Part shown: positions 25,219 to 38,500 of the stretch, piece after piece
Numbering within the stretch: the first letter of the stretch is position 1
Layout of the letters: each line of letters begins with the position of its first letter
From: Nymphaea colorata
Taxonomy: Eukaryota
Direction of reading: 5' to 3'
Length of the DNA stretch: 64,000 nt
NCBI RefSeq assembly: GCF_008831285.2
Contig: NC_045138.2
Location: forward strand, 25,792,001 to 25,856,000
Position numbers and translations under genes: made by a program
The notes under the pieces: model-generated
The model's database searches: none
What the model saw: the letters and a program-made list of their open reading frames with translations, nothing else
What the model was told of the DNA's origin: nothing

Positions 25219-26904
25219 CCCATGGGTTAGTGTCGCAGCAACCCCTAGAGGAAATTCTTTTTCGTCTTCTTTTGGAGCCATTTGATTGCCCCAAATATTA
25301 GACCCAATAGTAACAATTATGGATCTCAAATCTTAAGATCTAAAATCACATAACACAACTTTTGTTTATATTTGATGAAGATAGAACCCACATATCCAGC
25401 CGAACTTCTATAGGAAGGGCAAATCGTGGAGCGTGCTCATACCACACCCCACATTTACTATCGTGTGGGTGGGTGCACATTGAACGTTTAGTAGTAGCAT
25501 GATAAAGATGGATCTGTTCCTTAGAAATAGTGTTTCATTTTTTTATAAAATTAATTTACATAAGAAAACTTTTTAGATTTTTTAAGTTCTTACATGACGC
25601 CATCAAACTCCATTCCCATATTTAATGAATCGTTTTGCAAGTTCCCGTGTGTACATTGGAGTTGCCCAAGTGCTCGGTTTGTGGTGCTAACTTGTGTCAA
25701 TCATCTTATTTTTGAAGGACAAAATGTAGTTAAGTTTTAACAAAGATGCAAGAAGAAGCACCACAGAATAATCAAGAAACTTGCTATAAAGAAATGATAT
25801 CGATATTGATAATTGCACGTCACTCCTTCAAAAGAGGATTGTTACAGTTTTCTTGGCTTCAAGATAGGAAGCAGCTAAAGAACTCCCTGGAACACAAGCA
25901 CTCCATGTTTTCTTGATGCAGCCTTTACTCGTATCACTATCATTCATGTTGCTTACCCGAAGAAAAGTGAGCCTGATGTTTAATTAGTCATGTTCATCGC
26001 TATCCTTCATGTGCGTACACATTAACACAAAGTTAATGAAGTTTTAGTGCTAAAATGGATCTCTACAGATGTCTATTGCTGCTGCTGTTAAGTGGGTAAA
26101 ACTCTGTCGACAGAGTAAGGTTGAATTCTGTGGTTCTCATTTGTTGTAAACTCCTGAAACAAGTTTCTGGTATGTATCATATGCTCATTATAAGCAGATC
26201 GAGACATCATCTGTAAGCCAAAATTCCTTCTAACACTAACAAGAGTTCATCTTGTATCTTAATATAACTTTGAGAAAACAAAAGCTAGCTATTTTCAAGA
26301 GGCAAATTTCCCATGCACGTAGTTTAAGATGCATGAGAAAGGTGTGAAATTAATTCATCACTTGCTTAAAGCAGGGGGCGGAAGCAAGAATTTTCGTTAG
26401 ATGGGCGAAACTATAGAGAACCGAAATATAATTTTTCAAAATTTTGATGTAGGGTAAATGAAAATTTTTAAAAGCATGTAATTTTTTCTTCTGGGTACAA
26501 AAATAATACCGATCTGTAACACCTTGTCACGTAATTCTCATTAAAGATAACTGCTGCAACTGATGCAATAGACAAAATCTCTGGAGACCAGCTTCTAGTA
26601 ATGCAGCCCAAAAATCTTACCGTAAAGTGCATGTTGCGACTTAGGAAAGCGTTGTCTATTAAGTTTATGCCAATCTATGCAAATTGTATATTGTAAGAAT
26701 TCTTGCCTTCAGTTATAAGCTTTACTTCGACATCCTATAAAATAGTTGAGATATGTTCCGATGATGTTGTGCTTGTATTCTATTCATGCATCGTGACCAA
26801 TATAATACAAACATAACAATATTGAAACGAATAATAATAGCATTGGTAAAATGAAAACTATGCGGAAGCATGCGACTTATAAAGGCAAAGAATCCGCACT
26901 CTCA

Positions 26905-27539
26905 AGATATTTGGGGCTTGAGATCAGGGAATTCGTCGGACTTCCGAAGGGCACGTCCGGCCAAATAATTTGGAGGAGGAGAAAGATATTCCGAGTTGAT
27001 GGCGACCGCTTCCCGCGGCCTCCTTCCTTTTTCCAGATACATCGCACTTTGATCCGATCGTCGCGGGCCCCACCTCCGAGTAGGACCACTCCCCTTCCGC
27101 CAGCATCCCGCGGGCCCCACGCCTTCCCACACACCACTTCCCGGCAGCCCACAGCTTCGGGATCTGCAGCCACGTGTCGGTCGGACTTAAAGCGCGCCGG
27201 GAGACAGCAGGTGAACCGTACGGAAACACAATGGTCATCCTTATCCGATACCTCTCCTCGGACCGTGACGATGTCCGGCTGTTTTGTTCGACTCGGTTTT
27301 GAAAGGCGACGGACGATCGTGCCCCTGTCCATCCTACCCGCAGACCCGGCTCGGTCTGCTCTCCGCCGTCGGATCATATCGAAACTGGAGGAGATGCAAG
27401 GGGAAGAGATGGCAGTTTTGGTGTCCTTGGGGTATTTGAAGGGGGGTAAATTTATAAATTAATATACATATCGGTTTCTGCAACTTTCTAGTGATTTTTT
27501 TATCTAAAATACATGAATGTGGTTAAAAATTCTATAAAT
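26905..27539 (+). promoter_or_regulatory. GC-rich promoter of the DRM1-like gene
   Basis: Evening-element-like AGATATTT (26905), G-box/ABRE GCCACGTGTC (core 27171-27176), TTATCC sugar-repression-type element (27241) and TATAAAT (27533). These are short motifs and their function is inferred. Confidence 0.5.
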
Positions 27540-27613
27540 CGGAGAGAAGAAGAGGGGGGAAGTCGGTGGTGGTAGGGGAGAGAGAGAGGGTGAGACGGAG
27601 GAGGAGGAAGAAG

Positions 27614-28321
27614 ATGGTGCTGTTGGAGAAGCTTTGGGACGACGTGGTAGCCGGTCCTCAGCCGGACCATGGGCTGGGCAAGCTTCGGAAGCTGACCACT
27701 AAAGCTTTTGGACCCAGAGGTCTTCCTCTTCTTCTTCTTCACTCTAGTCTTTTCATACGTCGATCACCTTAACTTACACTCCTATTATGAACTGAAGGCT
27801 TTGATCTTTAACTAGAACTTTTCTAAGACACTTACCAAAGGATAAGCGTAGAGATATCTTCTGTCTGTCTGGTTAAAATTATTGCTGACGCTCTGTGTTT
27901 CTCTGTATTTGTGTGCGTGTGTTCCTTTGGTGGCCGTTGATTAACGATGAGAGAGATAAATCAGATGGGGAAGGTGGAGAGGGAAGCAGCAGCAAGTTCC
28001 AGAGGTCGCTGTCGATGCCTCCGACGCCGGTGACTCCAGGGACGCCGACGGCCACAACGCCGAGCCCTCGCAAGGAGAACGTGTGGAGGAGCGTCTTCAA
28101 CCCCGGCAGCAACCTCGCCACCAAGACCATCGGCGCCGAACTCTTCGACCGGCCCCAACCCAACTCCCCTACCGTTTATGACTGGTCTCTTTTGCTCTCT
28201 ACAATTTTAGGGACTTATGGATATAGTGTTGTTTTTTGAACATTTTGGTTTTGATTTTCTTGCTTTCTGTGTGCTGGGTGGCAGGCTTTACAGTGGGGAG
28301 ACTCGAAGCCAGCACCGTTAG
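27614..28321 (+). CDS. DRM1: Dormancy-associated / auxin-repressed protein (DRM1/ARP family), 3 exons, 120 aa
   Basis: Exons 27614-27719, 27965-28184, 28285-28321 (363 nt, GT-AG). Family motifs [34 protein letters not shown] and [15 protein letters not shown]. Confidence 0.93.
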
Positions 28322-30226
28322 GCGATCTGCCGGCCGGCTACCAGTCGATTTCGTGCAGCGGCTTGTTGCCTCTTCCCATCTTTCCTGTTGATCCTTCTTT
28401 TTCTTCTTCTTTTTTGTTAACTGCGTGTATGACAGTCTGTTGAAGAAGCTTGTCACCTGGATGTGATACAGTAGTGGATAGTGTTTGGCAGATCTTGTAC
28501 ATAAGATATTGTAAACAAGTGGGGAAGGGGTTGCTGCCGAGATGTGGACGTTATGCTTATCTTCTTCTTTGGGTTTTTGTCTGCATGTAATGATTTCGGT
28601 TAAGAACAAATCTAGAAGATGTGATCTATGAATTTGATAATCCAAATGCCAGTTACTGCGCTTAATAAAGTTGAGCACCATGGGGTCTATATGGCCCACG
28701 AGAATTGATGAATGATAATGATGGGGGATTAAAGAAAACCGCTGATCCCTCTCCTCCTGTTAAAACATGGGACCCTTTTCAATTTTCATTATATGCCCAT
28801 GAATCATAATGGATGTGAAGTTGGTGTAATTCCTTTATATGCACTGTTTGGATGTTAATAACTTGTGATACTAACGATGAATTCACCACAGTTCTTTTAG
28901 TTAAAGTTCGTTCTGGTAAATAGTGTGGATTTTTCTGTCTGCATTGATGGATTGGAACTTTTGAAATTAATGAATCCCTGTTTCTTTGGAAGTGTTAACT
29001 CTCGCAAGATTAATTTCATTCAGAGTCATTCTGTTGTTCATTCTAGTTCTACTCCCGAACGAGAAATTGTTCACCCACTAATTGAAAAACAAGCTAGAAA
29101 CTGGATGCTACAGACCAATAACTACGGATTCCTATTCTCTTCTCCCCATGTTGGGAGGGGTGTCTTAAACAGGAGGTCTCGGAGGCGGACACCCCTTCCT
29201 CATATTTAAAAAAAAGTAAAATTCACATAGTAATTTTTTCAAGAGTGTGAGGTTGGTTCCTGAGGCCACTGTCAAAAATTATATTTAGTGCATTGCTCGT
29301 CCCTTGGCCCCCTCTAAAGTGACGACGAAAACCTGGCTGCTCCACCCTTGGAGGGTCCTATGATCGGCGCATTAAAAACAAAGCCACTCTTATCAGAATG
29401 GGCCTATTTTATGTATGTAATGAGAAGGAAAGGTGCCAATTGATGAAGATTTTTAAAAGTGTTAAAGTTTTTTTTTTTTTGAAGATTTTTCAAGTTTTTA
29501 ACCAACTTTTATTTTTATCACTTATTTTTGTGAAAACTAGGCAATGGATTCAGCTCAAATTGTTAGTGAGCAAATCTGGCGAATCAGCAGGATCAGTGAT
29601 CCGACTCACAAAGATGATCTTTGCGGCAACGGACAAAACCATCGGTTTCAAATGCCGTGTATCACAAGGAAAGGACAAGTGATAAACGGGAAATGTCTTG
29701 CAAAATAATTGAAGTGGGTTGCCGGAGTCAAAATTTCAACGTCGCCGGCTTGCAGTTCAGTCGTCGCGCTGTATTGTCTTATCGCCATATCGTGATCGGC
29801 GCTCACTTGACATCCACTGCTTTTAAAGTCATCTTGTATCGGGTCGGCCCACCAGATAAAGAGTCAATCGGTTCGACACCCAAAACTTGTTATGAGGCTC
29901 ACTCGAGCCGAACCAACGTCTTTTTTTTCGAACCCGAGCCAAGTTTGTCGGGTACCAAGTATCTACCGGCAGCCCAGTCCGGTGCCTAGACTTAATATTG
30001 TCCCTGAAAGATTGCATATTTTTCATTTTTTCTACATAGGAAGGATCCACTTTCAAATGCATCATGTGGTGCTGGATATTGTTGTATGGTAAAAAAACAC
30101 TGTCATTGCAGGGCATTGGCGATAGTTTATGATATAGCAACCATTTATGCTGTTTTAGCAACAGTTTATGGTTGTTCTTAACGATAGTAGTTTTTTAATC
30201 ATCCGACACATGTAGATTTGGATTTT

Positions 30227-30262
<36 letters not shown>

Positions 30263-30523
30263 CGGTAGATACTTACATGTTAGATAAATAAAGAACAATT
30301 TTAATTCTTGTTATTTTTTTATATCAATAATTGGGAGAAAAACAAAAACCAATATTAAATGACAAAAACTCAACTTAAAATGGGTCTAAGACCCGTAACC
30401 AGCTATGTGAATGTAGGAATACCACACGCTTAGCGGCCCTAGATGCATTACCATCAGCATGTGTATCAGCCTCGATCCGGTTCAACGAGTCACAAGCCAG
30501 GTCTCTTTTTAACAGTTAACGAA

Positions 30524-30604
30524 ATGATTCGAAGGATCTTACAGGAAGTCTCATGATTCGAAGGATCTTACAGGAAGTCTCATGATTCGAAGGATCTTAC
30601 AGGA
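30524..30604. repeat. 29-bp tandem repeat, ~2.8 copies
   Basis: ATGATTCGAAGGATCTTACAGGAAGTCTC x2 plus a 23-bp partial copy, all identical. Confidence 0.95.
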
Positions 30605-31453
30605 TATCAAGGAAGCCCATGCCAGCGTAGGAATATCGCACCGAGTGGGCGGCTGGTAGAAAAGGCCACGAGATGTTGAAACTCAACCAGGCAATCCAAG
30701 CGGAAGCTCTAGTAACTAAGTATGCACTTGAAATGCTTCAAATTTTAAAGAATGAAACATCGCACAACGGGCAGTTTTAAATATTCCAGCACTAGAAATA
30801 CACTGGATTTCAAGGCTCCGGCTACAAGGGATTAAACGGAGAAAACACGGCACATTATTAAACTGAGTTCAGAAAGAGAAATAGTAATGTCAAACCAAAG
30901 GATAAACGAAAGATACAGAAGCTTATTACCAATGTATGGCCGATGGCACATAAAGTTTCAACAGAGGCACCCCACCAAACACTGAAAGAATCGAGGACAA
31001 AAGAAGCAGCAGGCAGCTGATAGAACTGCAAGTCTGCAACCTGTGACAAAAGAAGACGCCCAAATAATGCCCCCTGCGTAGTCAATCCAATCGACGTTCT
31101 TTTAACTTTTTAACTCTAATAAAACTCTTGTTTGTAAATCCACCTTGGCCGCAACGATATAGGAAGCGCTAACACATGCCCGAAGAAAGCTCGCATATAC
31201 AACAGATTCCCACAAATCAACTCAGAACTGGAAGCAGAAAAGACATCTTTGAATCATTGTGAAATGTTGGGAACTACATGTCTGTCGCACCAGCAAAATC
31301 GGACTGATGAAAATGAAAACAAAAGAAAAATTGTGAAAGGAATCGTCACTCTTCGAGGCAGCACAGAATGTGATGGAGGCAAAAAACTGCTGCAAAACTC
31401 AAGGCCTAATGGCACAACCATTTGCAGTTCCTCTTAACCTATAGTCAAATACA

Positions 31454-34400
31454 TCATAGGCGAGGGATCCCAAGAATCTTTGCAGAGAATTCCCATGCCA
31501 CAATGGCAGCAGCATTAGCAGGAAAGGCCCTCATCATTGTTGGCCCTAGGCCAGCATAACAACCTCTGAACCCTGCTTGCTTGTATACCTATAAAGGTCC
31601 GCAAATGAGTCAGGCTGCATCGTGTATAAAAATCAAAAAGAAGAGAATTTAAATAATATTACCGAGTGCAGAATATTGAAGGGGTTCCTGCTAATAGTCA
31701 TGTTGGGAGCTGTCTGAATAATGGTCTTAGCCACATCCAGTGGCAAAACAAAAGTCCAAAACTGCAATATTACAGTGAAATGTGTCAGAACAGGAAGCCA
31801 ATTTTTTTGTAGTATCGTGAGAAGTTCAGTACTTACAGCCATACCACCAAGTCCACCAGTAATAACGCCAGTGCCAACATCAAAAATTATCTTCTGAGAT
31901 TCGGTAAGGTTAGATTGAGATTTCAATGTCGAATGCATGAAATACCGACTCAATTCATATGTTGTAAAGAAGGCAGAGTTTCCAATTGTTTCTCTTAGGC
32001 AGGTAGCAAGACCACCGCGGAATAGATCCTTGATCTGTTAGCATAGCTAAAATGTCAGCTGAATTGATGTCACAGAAAGCTTGAGAAGTATCTACACATT
32101 GCTTACTCCATTGTTCTTTACTGTCTTGATAGCACAATCAAGGGGGCCATTATATCTTGGATGGTAATCCTTACAAACGATTGGGTCGGGTCCTTGTACT
32201 TGCATCCTACACTGAAGAAACCAAAGCTTAAAACATGCATACCATCAAACAACGACATCAATTAGTAGGTTCAGAAGAATCACTCACTTTCACTAGCTCT
32301 GCTGGGCATAATATAAGACTAATCATTGCTCCACCATATGCAGCAGAAGGTATAATTGTCTGAAGATTTGGTTTGCCGCTTTCTCGGCCTCCCTGTCACC
32401 AGTAATTGAGAAACCATTATTCCAAACCTATAACTCAAGATATAAGTTGGGGCTGGACATCAGCCTGTGGCCAAGTCTACATAGGCAGAAGGTTTGGCCT
32501 CAATCTTTCAATTGACTTGGACTAAAGTGTGCATAGGATGGAAGTGTCCAAGGGCCAGAATATCAAGTCGAGTAGCTCGGACTCAACACGGTAAAGCTCG
32601 TTTGTTTGACCAAGTTGAGATCGAGTTCACTAAGGTTGATTCGGTAAAGTTGGAGTCGGCTCATGCGTCGTCCGTGACATTTATTTCTTTTTGCATGTTG
32701 TGAGCGATGTCAAAAAAAAAAGGAAGGAAAGAAGACTGCAACCACAACTACATTAATTATGATGTGAGATTAGACCCTCCTCTCTCTTTTTTTTCTGTCT
32801 CTGTCATTATTCTATATGTTTTTGTGCCTCGATAGAAGTTGGTGGCAAGTTTTGGTTTTGTTTGAAAATCAAATAAATGACTTTATTGACTCAAGCCGAG
32901 CTCTAAAAATGCTCGAGCCTAATTTGTTGAACTCGACTCAAGCTCGAGTACTTCCGGTTTTGAGACGAGATTGAGCTGGCCCAAGTTGAGCTCGACACAG
33001 CTTGTGTTCAGGCCTATTGGCAAGGCCATGACCCATCAACAGGGGAGCCAAACCAACCAAACGAGGAAACCAGGCTAATCTAGCTATGCATGATCCATAA
33101 CAAACTTACGGTGCAAAGTAGACATCCTGTAGGGCATGGCTGGCCTGAATTGCCTGGAGAAGACCAGTCCAGGATTTAGAAGCTTGGCCATCCCAGTCTA
33201 TTAGGATGCTGAACCTATAGCCCATCCCTAGACATAAGAAAAGTAGCAACAGGTTGATAGACATTGGAAAATTATTGGTTTATTAATAAACAATTGATGT
33301 ACTCTAAGCAGGTGCAACGTTTTGCGCTGTTGGAACCAAATGCCAAATAAGTGGCATATTTACCTGTAATGCTGTTTTAGTTTGAGAATAGGCACCAAAG
33401 AGTATTGAACTTTCAACTGCTATTCCAATGAATGATGAGGTGGCGCCTCTGTAAAGTCCTGGCAGCTGTAAAGTGAGCACATATAATGAATATTCAACAT
33501 TATTAATACTATTGCATAATTAAAAGCATTGCAACTAATGAATAAATGCCAGTCTTCACAACAATCAACATCCTATGATGCAAAGCAGGCCTCCAAAGTA
33601 GGCAACACAAACTGCATTTGAGCAACAAACCAGGACATAATCATGGAAAAAAAAGGAAATAAATTGAGGGACAAACATCAAGCAATAACCAATTAGCACG
33701 ATCAAAAGTATATGAAACCCCTAAAAAAATGTGGCTTGGTAACATATATCAACCAGATGCCTTGTGTGATAAAAATAGAGGAAACAGAGTGAAAAAAAAC
33801 ATGAACTTTTTGCTAAAAATGAGTTTACATGTAAATCCACGAGAAGTAAAGGAGTTCGAGAAGGGAAAGTCTCTACATCTCAAATAAACACCAAAGTTAT
33901 ATAATCGAATACATGTTTATCAAGCTTGTAACTCAGAATAAGCAAAAAGCATAGCAAATATGCTTCAATGGTTCACAGAAAACCAGTTAGCAGGTTAACT
34001 GTACAGTGTACATGGCATGTCTGCATGTGTGAGATGTGCTTGTAAATACACACTACATACTGGCCTCCAATTGGCAGACTTCCTGTGAGGCTGGCCATAT
34101 GCCAATATGTATGTGCAATCAGTAACACAATCTTCAGTAAACCAGATTTTAATGTATATAGTGTTTGAAGTGTTCGTAGCAATTATAACTTAGATATTCC
34201 TGCTAGGCATTCTTCCATGCTTCCTATATTGAATTTATTACGCATTTTATTCTTTCATAAAATTATAAACATCTTAATCCTTTTGTGTAGTTTTCATCCA
34301 CTCGTTGATGCTAATCATTACATAAACAAGATAAAAGGACTTTTGTTGGTAAATGTCCAATCACTGGTCAAAATCTTAAAACTACCTCTTCTACTTTATT

Positions 34401-35524
34401 TATCCACTAATTTATGAGGTCTTATTATGAATGCTTGTGATACATATTGTCCAATGATGTTACTTTTGGATATAACTGCAAGCATCTTAATAACTTTACA
34501 CTGACCATATGATTTGTGGCTTAGTCTTGATGAACCAAAGAAAGATTATTATTCTGTCATTCTTTTAACTGCCCAAGCTCCTGCTGGCTAGTAACTATCA
34601 ATTAAGACACGAATTCTACTGCATGATATAGAAAATACAGTTCAATAAACATCCCTCAAGTTTTATCTTATTAATTGTAGCATGAACCACAGATTGGAGA
34701 CTGATACACTGGAGCTACATATCATATTGTAAAACATTAGAACATTTTCCTTCATGTTGCACCTAAGTTTGGTACTTGACATCAGGGTCTATGTCTAGGT
34801 AACATAGCACAGAAGGATGTAAAAAAGGACGGGACATGAGAAAAAGTACCGAAGCCTAAAAGTCATACCATTGTGTAGTGCAATAAAGGGGAAAAAAAAT
34901 CCAACTGCATATGCATATTAACACCTCATTCCTTCATCCACTTTATTAGGAAAGGGATGCTGTGAAGAGAACATTAAGTAGAAACAATGACCTAAGGTGA
35001 CATCCAGGACTTTGACAACCTAAATGAACATAAGAGGAAGTTTATCAAGAAGGTGTAATGCACAATAACCATTAAATCTACATGCTCAATGCGCTCATGA
35101 GAACAAATATGTAGAAATCTACGGTGAGATCTCACTTACTAAAAGATAAGCAGTACAGTGAGTGGACATGCATATCCTGCTAATTTGAGATCAAAAGCAA
35201 ACCTACACTGTGCAGGAAAATACATTCCTACGTGCCTATTAACTCTACCAACGATGATGGATCCAAATTCTGGGATCCAGTTGATTAAAAATCTCAGAAA
35301 TACAAGCTGGTTGATTAAACTATCTAAGAGCTGCCAAAACCTTTTTTTATATATATGTTACTGCATAGTCAATTAAACAACTTGTCAAGACCATATCGGT
35401 ATTAAGTGAGATTGAAAGTTGAATGTCAAAACACGAAGCAAGTTGCTGATATCGTAAGTGGCGATTGATAGAAATCTAGCACCAATATCTGTAACTAGAA
35501 AACAGTACTCACGCAGGAAGATAG

Positions 35525-35569
<45 letters not shown>

Positions 35570-38500
35570 GAGAGAGAATGAAAACAAGAAGAAACTGAGG
35601 AGAAGAAGCCGTAGCCAAAATGGTTTGCACGGCCTCTATTTATAATCCCATTTCTAGAATTCTAAGAGTCTCCAATCGTAGAATCCTAAGAGATTTCACA
35701 AGCTCCAAGGACATTAATTACATCATAGAAACCTAAGAGACTTCACATATTACAAGGATATTAACTACAACATAGAATCCTAGGAGACTTCACATATAAC
35801 AAGGATATTAACTACAACATAGAATCCTAGGAGACTCTTCACATGTTACAAGGACATTAAATAACTTAACACATTCTACAAGGAGGTGGAATCCTAAGAG
35901 ACTCCTCTTCAACGTGCTGGTGAAGGATTTATATTTTAACACCCTCCCTCAAGTTGTGCATGGTTTTGCACCATGTACAACTTGCCTTTTAGAAACCAGA
36001 ATCGTTCCTTTGTTAATCCTTTTGTAAATAAGTCTGCAACTTGTTCATCTGTACGAACATAAATAGGTTGAATCTCCTTGTCTTCCACCTTTTGTCTAAC
36101 AAAGTGTTGATCAATCTCAATGTGCTTTGTTCGACCATGTTGTATGGGATTAAAGGCAATGTTAATAGCGCTTTGATTATCGCACATTAACATTGACGTT
36201 TTAATCTTTTCTCCAATGTCTTCTAGCAAATGTCTAACCCATGTAACTTCAGCAATACCTGCAGCCATGCATCTGTATTCAGTTTCAGTGTTGGATCTTG
36301 CTACTGCCTTTTGCTTTCGACAACTCCAAGACACAAGATTACGTCCAATGAAAATACAAAAACCAGAAATGGACTTTCTTTGATCGGGATCTCCAGCCCA
36401 ATTTGCATATGTGAATGTCATAAGTTGATGTCCAGTAGTTATATTTTCACTCTTACCATAAACTAAGCCATCTCTTGTTGTCCCTTTAAGATATCTTAAT
36501 ATTCTTTTGACAGCATCCATGTGAGTATCTCTAGGTGCATGCATAAATTGAGATACTTGATTCACAGCATATATAATATCCGGTCTAGTAAATGTAAGAT
36601 ATTGAAGTGCCCCAACAATACTTCGATATTGCGTAGGATCTTCATATAACTCCCCATCCTGAGCACTTAGTCTTTGATTTAGAATACTAGGAGTTCCAAC
36701 AGGCTTACAATCAGACATACCTGACTTTTTCAGCAGATCCAACGTGTATTTCTGTTGTGTCAATGTGAGGCGATTATTGTGCCTATCAATCTCCACTCCA
36801 AGAAAGAATCGTAAATCACCAAGCTCTTTCATTTTGAAGTTTTGCATCATCAAAACTTTAGCTTCTTCTATGTGTTTTTCTGAATTGCCTGTGATAACAA
36901 TATCATCAACATATATAAGAAGTAAAGTAAATATGTTTTCCTTTCGATAAATGAAAAGAGAGTGATCTAGAGGACATCTCCGAAAACCACATTCTTAAAT
37001 CTTGCAGGAGAAACTATCAAACCACGAACGTGAGGCCTGTTTAAGTCCATAAATAGATTTTCTTAGTTTGCAAACCCATGCATGAGAGTCTCCTTTCGTG
37101 TATCCTGGCGGTTGTTCCATATATACTTCCTCTCTTAAATCACCATGAAGAAAAGCATTCTTCACGTCCATTTGATGTAGTCTCCATCCATATTCAACTG
37201 CCAATGATATAATCACGCGAATTGTAACCATTTTGATCACAGGGCTGAATGTCTCATCATAATCTTCGCCATATTGTTGTGTAAACTCTTTTGCTACTAA
37301 CCTTGCTTTGTGTCTTTTTATGTTGCCGTCAGGTTTGTATTTAATTTTGGATACCCATTTGGAGCCCACTACGTTCTTTTCGTGTGGCCTCGGAATGATC
37401 TCCCATGTTCCACATTCATGCAAGGCATCCATTTCTTCTTTCATAGTCTTTCTCCAATGATGTGATTTTGATGCTTGATCAAATGAAGTAGGTTCTTCCT
37501 CCTTGCCAACTTTTGCCATGAATAACTGAAAATCAAGTGGTAAAGAATCATAGCTAACCCACCTGTGAATGGGATAACGAATGCGTTGGGATCTTCTAAG
37601 GTGGGGCATGTTGTCTTCTTCACTGTGAGCATCTCTGTCCCTTAGTCGTCGACTGTAGATAAGACCCGAATACCGATGTGCATCGTTGCTTTGTTCTTCA
37701 TTATTGCTTTCGTGATGACTTGATGACTGTGTTGGATTTTCTTGATTTTCACTTTGAGCCATATCCGACGGTTGTATTGCTCTCTCTGGATCTTCATTTT
37801 GAGGCACATCATTTTCTATAACAGGATCTGCATTGAATAACTGTGTACTGGTCCAGGGATCATAAGATTCAATGGTCATAGGCATTTCATTTGTATTATC
37901 AAAACTATGTTCATCAAAAATGACATTTCTTGAAGTTTTGATATGTTTAGTTGTTGGATCATAGCATCGAAAACCTTTATATTCATCAGCATATCCAAGG
38001 AATCTACATTCAATAGCTTTGTCTTGAAACTTGTTCCTCAAGGCAGCATCAACGTGAACATTGCATACACAACCAAAAACCTTCAAGTTCTTGTAATCAG
38101 GTTGTTTGCCTAAGTGTGTAAAATATGGCGATTTAGACATCAAGAGTGTCATAGGCAAACAATTTATTATGTATACAGCACTATGGAAGGCTTCAGTCCA
38201 CAAGGAAATTGGCACATTAGTATCATGCATCATGCTCATGGCGCTTTCAACTATATGTTGATGTTTCCGCTCAACTACACCATTTTGTTGTGGTGTCTAA
38301 GGGCAGGAAATTTGTCTAGTTATCCCTTTTTCACGTAGAAATTCAATAAAATCAAGCGAGGAATATTCTCCCCCTCCATCACATTGAAAATGCACCACAT
38401 TGGATGAAAATTTAGTTTGAATTGGCATAGAAGTTTCAAAATATGTGGGGTACTTCTGATTTGTGTTTCATGAAGTAAATCCAGGTGAAACGTGAGTAAG

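Noticed and set aside
26851..27462. 203-aa and 166-aa ORFs upstream of DRM1
   Set aside because: GC-rich promoter sequence, open on both strands, with no recognisable domain.
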